Origin: Squalus acanthias
Taxonomy: Eukaryota
Length of the DNA stretch: 64,000 bases
Assembly: GCA_030390025.1 (NCBI GenBank)
Contig: CM059432.1
Coordinates: 31,374,001 to 31,438,000 of the forward strand
Direction of reading: 5' to 3'
Under the pieces are notes generated by a model that made no database searches, had not been told where the DNA came from, and was given only the letters and a program-made list of their open reading frames with translations. This document shows positions 50,731 through 62,837 of the stretch, piece after piece (position 1 is the stretch's first letter; every line of letters begins with the position of its first letter). A program made the position numbers and the translations under genes.

Positions 50731-50990
50731 GGCGACTGGATGGTGCAGTTGGTTAGCTACTGGTCTTTTACTCCTGGGGTCCAGGTTCAAATCGACCCAA
50801 ATTCATGAGATTAAAGGCCTCCTTTAGCTGTGAGGGTCTTATGATACATGAGTCTGTGTAGTCTCATTCTAGTTCCTCGTGGGGCACTACTGGCAACAAA
50901 TCATTCAGAAGACATTGATCTGACTGCGGCATACCTGAAACAGAAGGTGCTCAGTACTGATATCCCCTCACCTAGATAAGCAGAAAATTA
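50731..50990 (+). mobile_element. LF-SINE-like tRNA-derived SINE
   Basis: GACTGGATGG head with A box TGGTGCAGTTGG and B box GGTTCAAATC; body ATGAGTCTGTGTAGTCTCATTCTAGTTCCTCGTGG resembles the LF-SINE consensus as I remember it. Confidence 0.6.
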
Positions 50991-51064
50991 ACAAAAGAGG
51001 ACGAAACATAAGTGGTTAGGTGATGCAAAGTTTTGTAGATTATTGGACGATAGGAACAGTAACA

Positions 51065-54000
51065 GAGTCATAGAGTCAGCACAGAAAGAGGCCCTTCGGC
51101 CCATCGTGTCCGCACCGGCCATCAAGCCCTGTCTATTCTAATCCCATTTTCCAGCACTTGGTCCCGAGCCTTGTATGCTATGGCGGTTCAAGTGCTCATC
51201 TAAATGCTTCTTGAATGTTGTGAGGGTTCCTGCCTCTACCACCCTTTCAGGCAGTGAGTTCCAGATTCCAACCACCCTCTGGGTGAAAAAGTTTTTCCTC
51301 AAATCCCCTCTAAACCTCCTGCCCCTTACCTTGAAACTATGCCCCCTGGCTATTGACCCCTCTACTAAGGGGAAAAGTTCCTTTCTATCTACCCTATCTA
51401 TGCCCCTCATAATTTTGTACACCTCAATCAGGTCCCCACTCAGCCTCCTCTGCTCTAAGGAAAACAACCCCAGCCTGTCCAGTCTCTCTTCATAGCTGAA
51501 GCACTGCAGCCCAGGTAACATCCTGGTGAATCACCTCTGCACCCTCTCCAATGCAATCACATCCTTCCTATAGTGTGGCGACCAGAACTGCACACAGTAT
51601 TCCAGCTGTGGCCTAACTAGCGTTTTGTACAGCTCCATCATAACCTCCCTGCTCTTATATTCTATGCCTCGGCTAATGAAGACAAGTATCCCATATGCCT
51701 TTTTAACCACCTTATCTATCTGTCCTGCTGCCTTCAGGGATCTATGTACATGCACACCAAGGTTCCTCTGATCCTCTGTCCTTCCTAGGGTCCTACCGTT
51801 CATTGTGTATTCCCTTGCCTTGTTAGTCCTCCCAAAATGCATCACCTCACACTTTTCAGGGTTAAATTCCATTGCCACTGTTCTGCCCATCTGACCAACC
51901 CGTCTATATCGTCCTGTAGCCTGAGGCTTCCCTCCTCACTATTTACCACCCCACCAATTTTCGTGTCATCTGCGAACTTACTGATCATACCTCCTACATT
52001 CATATCTAAATCATTAATGTACACTACAAACAGCAAAGGACCCAGCACCGATCCCTGCAGTACACCACTTGACACAGGCTTCCAGTCACAAAAACAACCT
52101 TCGACCATCACCCTCTGCCTCCTGTCGCTAAGCCAATTTTGGATCCAATGTGCCAAGTTGCCCTGGTGAAAGGATTCGCAAAATTTCATGTGTCCCCCCC
52201 CACCCCAAAGATTCTTTGTTAGAGTTATTAATAAGGGGTACCCTAGACAAAGTGGCTTCTAGACCTCGTGGCAGAAGCCTGTGACATTGAACAGAAACCA
52301 GGGCCCTGCAAAAACAGCAGGCCAGGTAACATTTTTAAACATACCTTAGTACAGGCTGCCAAAGGAGGCGGGGCTGGCCGCTACAGACAGGTGGTCGACC
52401 CGTCTCCAGCCCCATCAAACTGTTTAGCATTTATACAAAGACGTACTCAACACAGATGAACAACCATCAGACCAGCAATCATCCTCCACTTAACAAATAT
52501 GTAATATCGTTAAAGGCCATCTCCTGCCATTAAAGTTAACGACCTTAACAAGCCCACCAGAATTAAACAAAGCACTGGGAAGATTTGGCGGGCAAATAAG
52601 GAACAATCGAACAGTTTAACCAGAGACCTGTGCTGGAAGAAGCAGGAAGTTCACGAAACCAGACAGGACCTTGCCTTATGCATTACAATCAGGTCTACGC
52701 ATAAGGCTTTCAAGGTGTTTGCTCAAATAATCAGCGGGGACATTGAGACTGGGCTGGCCCCCATCAACGAAACTGTGCTGGACAACCATCGAACCTGTCG
52801 GGCAATAGGGGAGCAGTTGAAGAACTGGTATGATACAATTACCGGCCATCTAACATGATGGGCCAAGATCAGTACCTTTTGTTAAAATTCATCATGCCCA
52901 GATCAGACAATAGAAATGAGCTGATCTGAAGGGTGATTAGGGCGACCGGGAGGGGTATAACTGGGAAGACCCAGCCATTCTCTCTCTCTCTCTGCCTGGA
53001 CCCCGGTTCGCTCTGTCTGTCTCCAGCAGCCCAGAAAGAAGACGACCAGAAACTTCGCAGCCACATGTCGACGGCAGAAACAGAGCACAGGGCCAGGTTT
53101 TTCCATCCATTTCAACAGTGAGCATTATCTTCTTCTGGCTGTCGCAAGACAATTTTAGTTAGGCATAAGGGTGGGAATTAATGGGGATATTGCTAAAGTT
53201 GTAATTTTAGGATTTTCCCTCGATGTGTCCGTTCTCCTCCCATGTTAAGTGTAAAACCGTCTTCATATGATACTGTTTCTCTGTAGTTTTACTTCTGTAA
53301 ATAAACATTGGTTTTCCTCGCACCAATCCACGGGTCTGTTCGTTTGTCCTTATCGCCGCTCGATAAGTCCTGGGCTCAGAACTAATAAGGGGATAGCGAT
53401 TCGCAACCGCACAGCGGGCAGTACAGTCCAGGAAAACATAACTGGCTGACCTACAAATAAGCCCAAGACAAAAACCCCTTACATCGGATCCCATGGGCTC
53501 TTACCTTCTTGACCAGTCTCCCATGTGGGACTTTGTCAAAAGCCTTACTGAAGTCCATGTAGACCACATCAACTGCACTACCCTCATCCACACACCTAGA
53601 CACCTCCTCAAAAAATTCAATCAAATTGGTCAGACATGATCTCCCCCTGACAAAGCCATGCTGACTATCCTTGATTAATCCTTGCCTCTCCAAGTGGAGA
53701 CTAATTCTGTCCCTCAGAATTTTTTCCAATAATTTCCCTACCACTGATGTTAGGCTCACTGGCCTGTAATTCCCTGGTTTATCCCTACTACCCTTCTTGA
53801 ATAATGGTACTATGTTAGCTGTTCTCCAGTCCTCTGGCACCTCCCCTGTGGCCAGAGAGGTTCTGAAAATTTGTTTCAGAGCCCCTGCAATCTCCTCCCT
53901 TGCCTCATACAGCAGCCTGGGATACATCTCGTCTGGGCCTGGGGATTTATCCACTTTTAAGCCAGTTAAAACCGCTAGTACCTCCTCCCTCTCAATACTA

Positions 54001-54390
54001 ATTTGTTCAAGTATATCACAATCCCCCTGCCTGATTTCTATGCCTACATTGTCCTTCTCCATAGTGAACACAGATGCAAAATATTCATTTAAAACCCCAC
54101 CTACATCTTCTGGCTTTACACACAGATTGCCACTTTGGTCCCTAATGGGCCCTACTCTTTCCCTGGTTATCCTCTTGCCCTTAATATACTTATAAAACAC
54201 CTTGGGATTTTCCTTTATTTTGCCTGGTAGTGTTATTTCATGCCCCCTCTTCGCTCTCCTAATTTCTTTTTTAAGTACCCCCTTGCACTTTATATACTCC
54301 TCTTGGGCTTCCACTGTTTTTAGTCCTTTGTATCTGCCAAAAGCCTCCCTTTTTTTCCTAATTCATTCTCGTATATCCCTTGACATCCAA
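51065..54390 (-). mobile_element. CR1 (same subfamily as 4150-7745) split by a solo LTR
   Basis: ORF 53451-54314 is nearly identical to 5893-6630; HGI|QGNLAHW is interrupted at 52167-53483. Confidence 0.96.
52167..53483 (+). mobile_element. Long solo LTR (1317 bp)
   Basis: TGAAAGG...CCTTACA inverted ends; 4-bp flanks CTGG/TCGG; TATAA at about 52956 followed by (CT)n; AATAAA at about 53300. Confidence 0.85.
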
Positions 54391-54647
54391 AGGTTGGAAG
54401 TTCCGCACATCTGAGTCCTGGAAGAAAATGAATTAGAGTAGGAATTCACAAGAGGAAAATGATGAGGGAGAGGCGGGGTGTGTGGAGAGGTAGTGGGGAA
54501 ATGGTGTTGGCACATGATAGGTTCTTTTCAAATGGAGTCAGTTGCATGATAACTGCACAGTATCATTTATATATTTTCCAGGAGCTTTCTAGCTTCCAAT
54601 TGACATATTAAAAACATTGCAACTAGTCCCCAATCCATTTCTATATA

Positions 54648-55116
54648 AAGAAAAGAAAGACTTGCATTTATATAGCGCCTTTCACGACCACCGGACTTCT
54701 CAAAGCGCTTTACAGTCAATGAAGTACTTTTGAATGGGAGTCACTGTTGTAATATGGGAAGCGTGGCAGCCAATTTGCACACAGCAAGGTCCCACAAACA
54801 GCAATGTGATAATGACCAGATAATCTGTTTTTGTTATGTTGGCTGAGGGATAAATATTGGCCAGGACACCAGGGGGTACTCCCCTACTCTTCTTTGAAAT
54901 AGTGCCATGAGATCTTTTACGTCCACCTGAGAGAGCAGACGGGGCCTCGGTTTAACGTCTCATCTGAAAGACGGCACCTCCGACAGTGCAGCACTCCCTC
55001 AGCACTGCACTGGAGTGTCAGCCTAGATTTATGTGCTCAAGTCCCTGGAGTGGGACTTGAACCCACAACCTTCCGACTCAGAGGTGAGGGTGCTACCCAC
55101 TGAGCCACAGCTGACC
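54648..55116 (-). mobile_element. Full-length DeuSINE (SacSINE1-like): tRNA head, Deu domain, L2-type tail
   Basis: Minus strand A box TGGCTCAGTGGG and B box GGTTCAAGTCC; GATGAGACGTTAAACCGAGGCCCC core; tail GGCGCTATATAAATGCAAG shared with the L2 ends in this window. Confidence 0.9.
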
Positions 55117-55836
55117 TGTTACAGTTACACTCTGCTGGCCTTTATTTACATTACACGTATATATAACATGTGGAACATGACTTTCAACAAAGTGAAGATA
55201 CAGGGAGGAGAAGAAACATGTAGAAGAACCAATGACCATAAAATAGAAGGAGATGAGAAAGTTTTATTGCGGAGGTGGTGGTGGCGGGGGAGGGGAGGGG
55301 GCTGATGTTTAAGGCTACAGACAAGAGTAGGACAACCTACCAGAGAAGTTTTGTCTTGTCTTTTTTCCAGGAAGGAGAGAGACCCTGGGAGCTGTCTTCT
55401 TCAGTGACCCACTTTAAAAACCACTAAATTTGTAGCAAAAAGCATTTAGAATATTGCATTAGCAATTTCAAAGTAAATGTTATTTTCTACCCTGAGATGC
55501 AATCTAGCGCAATCAGACAGGTAATTACTTTCTAATACTGCTTTTCATCGAGGCCATGATTAGATTCAACTCAGTCTGTCTACGTGCTGTTTACATAGTC
55601 GCTGTGCTGATTCTGAATTAATATCGACTACTTCAGTTAGCATTATGGTACTGAGGTAGAAGATAAATTAAGTCTTCCTCTTTGTAGTCAGAAATCCAAA
55701 ATCTGTGCTTTAGATTACTGAACTTCGAGCTCCCAAACTGGACACCATTTGAAAAGATGGACGTGAATGGCCATACACTATTGTACCTGTCCTGTGAAAG
55801 GTCAACAGCCCCATTTCAATAATTCATAGACTCATA

Positions 55837-56729
55837 GGGGGAAAAATTCAGTTGGTTGCGCCTCCCGTTAGCGCCTTAAGAGGGCGCTAATGGGGCGCAA
55901 AGCATCTAGCGCCCAGGCGCGGCGAAGTTTGCGCCGCTCGCGAAATTAATTAGACATTTTGCGATGGCGCGAAACACTACCGCCACGATCTCCTGCGCCG
56001 GCCGATCATGACGTCACTTGAGTGCGCAACGCCCCGGTATCGCCCCGGAGCGGATATTGAGTGGCGCCCCATGCCTTACCGCCTGACGCTAGCAACGACA
56101 GGTTGAGGGGAGCGTTCTGCAGTCATGAAGGGAAAGGGGGAGCGCTATTTAAAGGTGACCGCTTCCTGCCTTTTATTGTTGGTGCCATTTTTGAACTACG
56201 CATTCTGAGAGAGAGAGGGAGAGACTTTTGGAGAGATTCAACGTTGTGTGAAGGAGTTTTCGGTACTGAGCAGCACTTTGCAGGTTCACTTTGATTTGCC
56301 ATTCCTTGTATCGATTTAGCAGAGACTGTGGGGGCTGCACTCTGAGCTCTTTGCCTGGTACTCTCCATTGTTCTTTCCAGCACAATTGATGTGCAGGTCT
56401 CTCCAGGCCGAGATTCAACGCTGCAATGAGCAGGATGTGGATGGAAAGCAAGATTAACCATCCCCTTTAAGAACTGGCCCGTGCCATTGTGTGTGTGTTC
56501 CATTGCTGACTGACATTACATGAGCTTCGCCAGCGCTCTGAGGTAGCGCCTCGCTCCTCGGCCTTTGCACCTTAAGACAGGTGTGAAGCGCCTGATTTGG
56601 CGCTGCAATCACCTCCAGGGGCGATAAAAGTCAAGTTTGCAGTCGGTGGCGATAATTAGCGCCAGGCGCTAATCTTTGCGCCCGGCCGATATTTGCGCCC
56701 CAAATGGGGCGCGACTGAATTTTTCCCCC
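55837..56729. mobile_element. Complete Harbinger-type MITE (893 bp)
   Basis: Perfect 16-bp TIR GGGGGAAAAATTCAGT; ATA TSD; inserted in a CR1 tail microsatellite. Confidence 0.93.
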
Positions 56730-57235
56730 ATAGAATCTTACAGCACAGATGGAGGCCATTCAATCTATTGTGCCTGTGCCGGCTCTTTGAAAGAGCCATC
56801 CAATTCGTCCCACTCCTCTGCTCTTTCCCCATAGCCCTGCAAATTTTTCCTTTTCAGTATATATCAATTCCCTTTTGAAAGTTACTATTGAATCTGACTC
56901 CACCATCCCTTCAGGCAGCACATTCCAGATCGTAACAGCTCACTGCATAAAAAATGTCACCTCATCTCCCCCTGGTTATTTTGCCAAACATCTTAAATCT
57001 GTGTCCTCTGGTTATCAACCCTCCTGTCAGTGGAAACAGTTTCTCCCTATCTATCCTATCAAAACCCTTCATAATTTTGACGACCTCTGTTAAATCTATC
57101 CTTATCCTTCTCTAAGGAGAACAATCCCAGCTTCTCCAGTCTCACCACATAACTGAGGTCCCTCGTCCCTGGTACCATTTTAGTAAATCTCCTCTGCACC
57201 CACTCCAAGGTCTTGACATCCTTCCTAAAATGGTA
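56730..57235 (-). mobile_element. CR1 3' fragment
   Basis: RKDVKTLEWVQRRFTKMVPG...LEKLGLFSLE plus tail. Confidence 0.9.
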
Positions 57236-57382
57236 GCTTATACCCATTGGACAGAAAAATCCCACCTGACTCCACTACGAACTTCAACTTCCTCATTTTT
57301 AGCTTGTGTCTCCTGAGATTTGAACGCTTCACCAGTAGGCAATTTGCCTTGGTTATTTTTCTAATCCACTTCGTAAATTGGA

Positions 57383-58075
57383 AATAAAAACAGAAAATGC
57401 TGGAAAAACTCAGCAAGTCAGGCAGAATCTGTGGAGAGAAAAACAAAGTTAATATTTCAGGTCGATGACCTTTCGACAGAACTGAAAAAAGTTAGAGATG
57501 TAACCTATGTTCCCTCTAAGCTGCGCATGTGCGTGGGTCTGCAGTAATCTGCAAGGTTCTGCGCAGGCCGCTCACAAGCAATAGGTGACATTGGCAATAC
57601 CGCGCATGCGCAGAAATTTAATGGGACTGCGCATTGAAAGAAACAGGCCGCGCAGAACATAGTCCAGCCTACAGGGAATATTGGATGTAATAGGTTTAAG
57701 CAAGTACAGAGGCAGGGAAAGTGGGAGGGGAGGAAAGAACAAAAGGGAAGGTCTGTGATAGGGTCGAAGGCAGGCGTGATTAAATGACAAGAGGGATGAT
57801 GGTGCAAGGCAAAAGGGAATGGTAAAGTGACAAGTAAAGAAACAAAAGATGGGTCTAGAGGAGGTATAAATGACAACAGCAGAATCATTACCAGCCCCTG
57901 CTGTCCGAAAAGAGGGGACCAGTGGTTATGATCTGAAATTGTTGAGTCCAGAAGGCTGTAAAGTGCCTAATCAAAAGGTGAGGTACTGTTTCTCGAGCTT
58001 CATTAGAACAGTATAGGAGGTCAAGGACAGAGATGTCAGAATGGGAGTGGGACGGAGAATTATAATGGCATAAGT
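57383..58075 (-). mobile_element. Penelope-like element 3' part (same family as 22432-23083)
   Basis: AAATAAAAACAGAAAATGCTGG start and GIY-YIG C-terminal DNA; the hammerhead core is mutated (CTGTCGA). Confidence 0.88.
57505..57683. mobile_element. hAT-family MITE (179 bp)
   Basis: TIRs CTATGTTCCCTCTAAGCTG and CAATATTCCCTGTAGGCTG; 8-bp TSD GATGTAAC/GATGTAAT. Confidence 0.85.
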
Positions 58076-58752
58076 TTGAAAATGTCAGTTCTATCATTTT
58101 GAAGTCTCCTCCTTCACATAGATAACTCTCTATCCATAATCCCATTTCCACAGATAATTTGTCAGTGTGACTAGTGGAGGAGAGTCCTGTTAAGATTTTC
58201 TTTGATATCTCTTTATTTTTGAGTATTGTTCTCATTTTTTTAAATTCTGTGTAATATATGAAGGGAAAGTCTCTAAGGGCGGTTTAGTCATTAGGCCAGT
58301 GGAGTGCCGAACTAAGAAACAGAAAAACGTTAATCTGAAAATTAGTCTTCAAATTACATAATCCTGCAATCTTCTTTCATTTTTTCAATTCTGTGGTTAT
58401 AGTAATGCATGTTGGTCTTGTGTAAGTGCTTGTGTTTCTAAATCTGTCACTCAGCAGTGGGAGCGGGGAGATTTTCCTAATCACTTTGTGTTAGTGACCT
58501 TGTAAACACAGTGAGATTTCCTTTCATTCTCGTGAAACACTTTGAGTGCAATCGTTTGGAACCTTTTTAGGATTTTGCTAAAATTGTAGGGTATCACTTA
58601 GCAACCAGATGAAGTCTACCTCCCAGCGTGTGGACCACAGGCTGCTGTCAGACTGGAGCCTGTGAACGTACAGGCCAGTTACACCGCACAGTTTGCATTC
58701 GCGCTACAGCTGAAATCAGCGTCAGACCAGGGACCGAGTCATGATTTTAGGT

Positions 58753-59818
58753 TAAGAACATAAGAAATAGGAGCAGGAGTAGGCCATTCGGCCCTTCGAG
58801 CCTGCTCCGCCATTCAATGAGATCATGGTTGATCTTCTGCCTCAACTCCATTCACCGGCCCTATCGCCATATCCCTTGATGCCCTTACTAGTCAGAAATC
58901 TATCGACTTCTGTTTTGAATATACCCAATGACTGAGCCTCCACAACCCTCTGGGGTAGAGAATTCCAAAGATTCACCACCCTCTGTGTGAAGAAATTTCT
59001 TCTCATCTCAGTCCGGAATGGCCTACCCTTTATCCTGAGGCTGTGGCCCCTGGTTCTAGACTCCCCAGCCAAGGGAAACATTCTCCCAGCATCCATCCTA
59101 TCAAGCCCTGTAATAATTTTGTATGCTTCAATGATATCCCCTCTCATTCTTCTGAATTCAAGAGAATACAGGCCTAGTTTACTCAATCTCTTCTCATACG
59201 ACAGTCCCGCCATCCCAGGAATCGATCTCGTGAACCTTTGTTGCACTCCCTCTATGGCAAGTATATCCTTCCTTAGGCAAGGAGACCAAAACTGTACACA
59301 GTACTCGAGGTGTGGTCTCACCAAGGCCCTATATAATTGGAGTAAGACTTCTTTACTCCTGTACTCAAATCCTCTTGTAATGAAGGCCAGCATACCATTT
59401 GCCTTCCTAATGGCTTGCTGCACCTGCACATTCACTTTCAGTGACTCATGTACAAGGACACCCAGGTCCCTTTGAGCATCTGCATTCCCCAATCTTTCAC
59501 CATTTAGGAAATACTCTGCCCTTCTGTTTTTTTCTACCAAAGTGGATAACTTCACATTTATCCACATTATATTCCATCTGCCATGTTTTCGCCCACTCAC
59601 TGAGCCTGTCGAGATCCCCTTGAAGCCTCTTCACATCCTCTTCGCAACTGACACTGCCACCTAGCTTTGTATCATCAGCAAATTTGGAAATGTTACATTT
59701 AGTCCCCTCATCCAAATCATTGATATAGATTGTGAATAGCTGGGGCCCAAGCACCGATCCTTGCGGTACCCCACTAGTCACAGCCTGCCATCCTGAAAAA
59801 GACCCGTTTATCCCTACC
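58753..59818 (-). mobile_element. CR1 3' fragment
   Basis: [19 protein letters not shown]...SKFADDTK and the C-terminal ORF 58842-59600. Confidence 0.95.
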
Positions 59819-59989
59819 TATTTCATCCGTAAATAAGCACAGTTAGGTTGTAATTGAGCAGAAATGCGGGCGAAGCTCATTTACTGTCAATCTTCTCCCA
59901 AACTGCCAGAAATAGGTGAAAGCTTAATTTCAATATGATAAGATGTTCTAGCTATTTCCTAGCCTTTACACTAGAAGCACACTGCTGGG

Positions 59990-60150
59990 TCAATTCAAGA
60001 CTGAGATTGATAGATTTTTGTTAGGTAAGGGTATCAAGGGATATGGAGAAAAGGCAGGAAGTGGAGTTGAGGTACAGATCAGCCGTGATTTAATTGAATG
60101 GCGGAGCAGGCTCCAGGGACTGAATGGTCCCCTCCTGTAATTACATTTCT
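59990..60150 (+). mobile_element. CR1 3' tail
   Basis: TTCAAGACTGAGATTGATAG...GATCAGCCGTGAT...GGAGCAGGC. Confidence 0.8.
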
Positions 60151-60279
60151 TAATTTCACCCGAATAATCTGAGCATTCATGGCATAAATGCCTTGAAAAA
60201 ATTTTTTATGTTGAAGGTGCTATTTAAATGCAATATTAACAGTACAGAGGGATAACAGACACATCAGATTGAATGAATT

Positions 60280-60762
60280 AATTTGCATTTACATAACGTC
60301 TGTTATGACCACAGGACATCCCAAAGTACTTCACAGCCAGTGAAGTATTTTTGAAATGTAGTCTCTGTTGTTATGTAGGCAAACGCAAAAGCCAATTCAC
60401 CTGCAATGAATTGCTTTCAAGTTCATTGATTGTTGTTATGTAGAAAAGTACATCAAGATCCCACAAACAACAATGAAATGAATGACCAGTTAATTTGTTT
60501 AGGGTATGACTGATTGAGTGAGGAATATTGGCCAGGACACCGGGAATAACTCCCTGCTCTGCATTAAATAGTGCCATGGGACCTTCAGCATCCACCTGAA
60601 CAGGCAGAAAGAGCCTTGGTTTAACATTTAATTGGAAGAATGACACCTTTGACAGTGGCGCACCTCCTCAGTACTGCCTAAATGATGTGCTCAAACCCTG
60701 GTGTGTGATGTGAACCCACAAACCTTTGACCCAGAGTGCTACCAACTGAGCCAAACTGACGC
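60280..60762 (-). mobile_element. Degenerate full-length DeuSINE
   Basis: Colinear with 54660-55116. Confidence 0.85.
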
Positions 60763-60869
60763 ATGAGCTTGGCAAAATGGAGAACTGAACTTATGACCCA
60801 CTATGCCTTCTCTCCACCCTTCAAAGTTATTTTCTTTTCCTCTCATCAATTTTCTTCTGCCTTTTTTTC

Positions 60870-61190
60870 CCTCTCGTATCATCTCCTGAAGGAATTGACT
60901 CTTTCCCGTTCATAAGGCAGCAGTCACCTTCCAGTACCTCACCCAAATGCCCACTGTTCTTATGTGAGCCCTCATAGTGAGTATCGGCAGGATGGTAGGC
61001 TGCCTGAGAGAGCACAGTTGAGTCTGATCCTATCCTCACCCAAGGTCCATGCATATGCACTTCCAGCAGAGGTCAGTGGTAACAATCAGAAGCAAGAACA
61101 CTGGCAGTGGCCAACGTGTCTTCCTCACTAACTAGGCACTGAGGCTGATTTTAGCAGCCTTACTGCTGCCCCAGCTGAGACTCAGCACCT
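60870..61190 (-). mobile_element. Probable SINE body of another family
   Basis: CCTTCCAGTACCTCACCCAA...GCACTTCCAGCAG...GCTGAGA resembles a shark SINE body as I remember it; no head visible. Confidence 0.4.
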
Positions 61191-61578
61191 CCAAACGTGT
61201 TCAACATCAATTTAAACGCTTTGGGGGAAAAATTCGGTACCGACCATTCTGGGGCGCTAATATCAGCCGGGCGCAAAATTTAGCGCCCGGCGCAAATTAT
61301 CACCAGCGACCGGGAAATTCGTCTCCAGTGCCCCTGAAGGTGATTGGAGCGCTAAATCAAGCGCTTCACACTTCTCTTAGGGCGCTAATGTCGGGGAACG
61401 GAGCGCTACCTCAGAGCGCTACTCAAGCTCAGGTGATGTCAATGACCTTGTACTCAGAAAGACTGGCGCCGTCCAGTTCTTAAAGGGGAGAGTTCATCAT
61501 GCTGCACAGCCTCACTCTGATCACTGCAGCGTTTGACCTGGGCCTGCAAGGAGGTGCAAATTTTCAGCAACGATTATC

Positions 61579-62837
61579 ATGGCTGCTCAGAGGCCCAGGG
61601 AGAGAGCTCGCCGGTTTAGCGACCAGGCATTGGTGGCTCTGGTTGCGGCTGTGGAACGCCGATGGGCAGTACTGTTTCCAGACACTGGCAGGAGGCCATT
61701 GCCCCGGGAGTTCACAAGGATGTGGAGGGAGGTGGCCCATTACGTATCGTTCAAAGGACTCACACCCAGTGCCGCAAGAAGTTCAACGACCTCACTTGGG
61801 TGGTCAGGGTGCGTAGATGCTTGAAATACCTCTACATCCCACCATCTCAGCCTTACTCTGTGCACAGACGGTATAAAGTGCCAAATCCCCAACACTCACC
61901 CAACAACTATGCCCATATACTAAAAGTCACATCCACATCTCACACCTTGCAGACATTAATGGCTATTCAACTATGGTAGGCACATCTGCCAAACACATGG
62001 CTGCACACTCACACACACGCTGTCCTTTTTCATGCAGGCCAAGTTTTCACATAACAGGAGGGAGCAACAATGCATGGGAGGAGGTCAGGCGGAGCTGCAC
62101 CCCCTCACACAGCTGGAGGAGCGAGTTCACAGACTAATCGCGAATCATGTCGTGGGCACCGTGGCAGTTGGAGAGGTCGACCCCCTTGGGGACAGCAACG
62201 GTATGTTCATCATCTCTCTCTCCTCTCTCATACCACTTGCCCCTCACAACACCAGCCTTGCCCACTTTCCATCTAACTATACTGTCTCCAGTCCTTGCTC
62301 CCTTCCTGCCCCCCCTGCCCTCATGTTAAAGCCACACTTGTACCTACCTGCTTTCAGATAGTGAGCCACCAGCTGACCAGCCTGTCCTTCAGCCTGCCAG
62401 TGGCAGCGACGCGGGAGAGGAGGAGGAACACCAAGCCGGAGCCTCACCGCCTGCTCGAGCAGATTGCTCCGGATGCTGAGGTACTGCCCCGGGGGAGTGG
62501 CAGTGTGTCGGTCGAGCAGGAAGGTGCAGTCCTCTCTCAGGATGACAGCATTCCTGCTCCCACCACTGCCACTCCGCCATTGCACTTGCCACGGTCTGCA
62601 ACACAGCCAGCCCAGACCGCTGCCGCCCATGCTGAGTTGGTGCAGTCTGCAGCCGGGGCCTCCAGGCCCAGAGCTGGTCGAGGGCGTCCTTCAAGGCCAT
62701 CTGCAGTCTATGGATCTGAGATTCAGCAGCCTTCCGCCAGCCTTGCTGCAGCTACTGGGGCCACATTACGGAGGAGCAGTAGGGTTGGAATGGGGGAAGT
62801 GCGAAGGGGAGGGAGATCATTCAAGAAGGCCGAATAA
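61579..62837 (+). pseudogene. Harbinger Myb/SANT gene, three exons (61579-61808, 62038-62200, 62358-62837)
   Basis: RERARRFSDQALVALVAAVERRWAVLF...WREVA/TQCRKKFNDL (frameshift); exon 2 AKFSHNRREQQCMGGG; GT/AG sites. Confidence 0.88.

Noticed and set aside
55050..55116. tRNA gene
   Set aside because: The A and B boxes belong to a SINE head continuous with the Deu domain and tail.
55652..55690. let-7-like TGAGGTAG seed
   Set aside because: The rest does not match let-7 and no precursor hairpin is evident.
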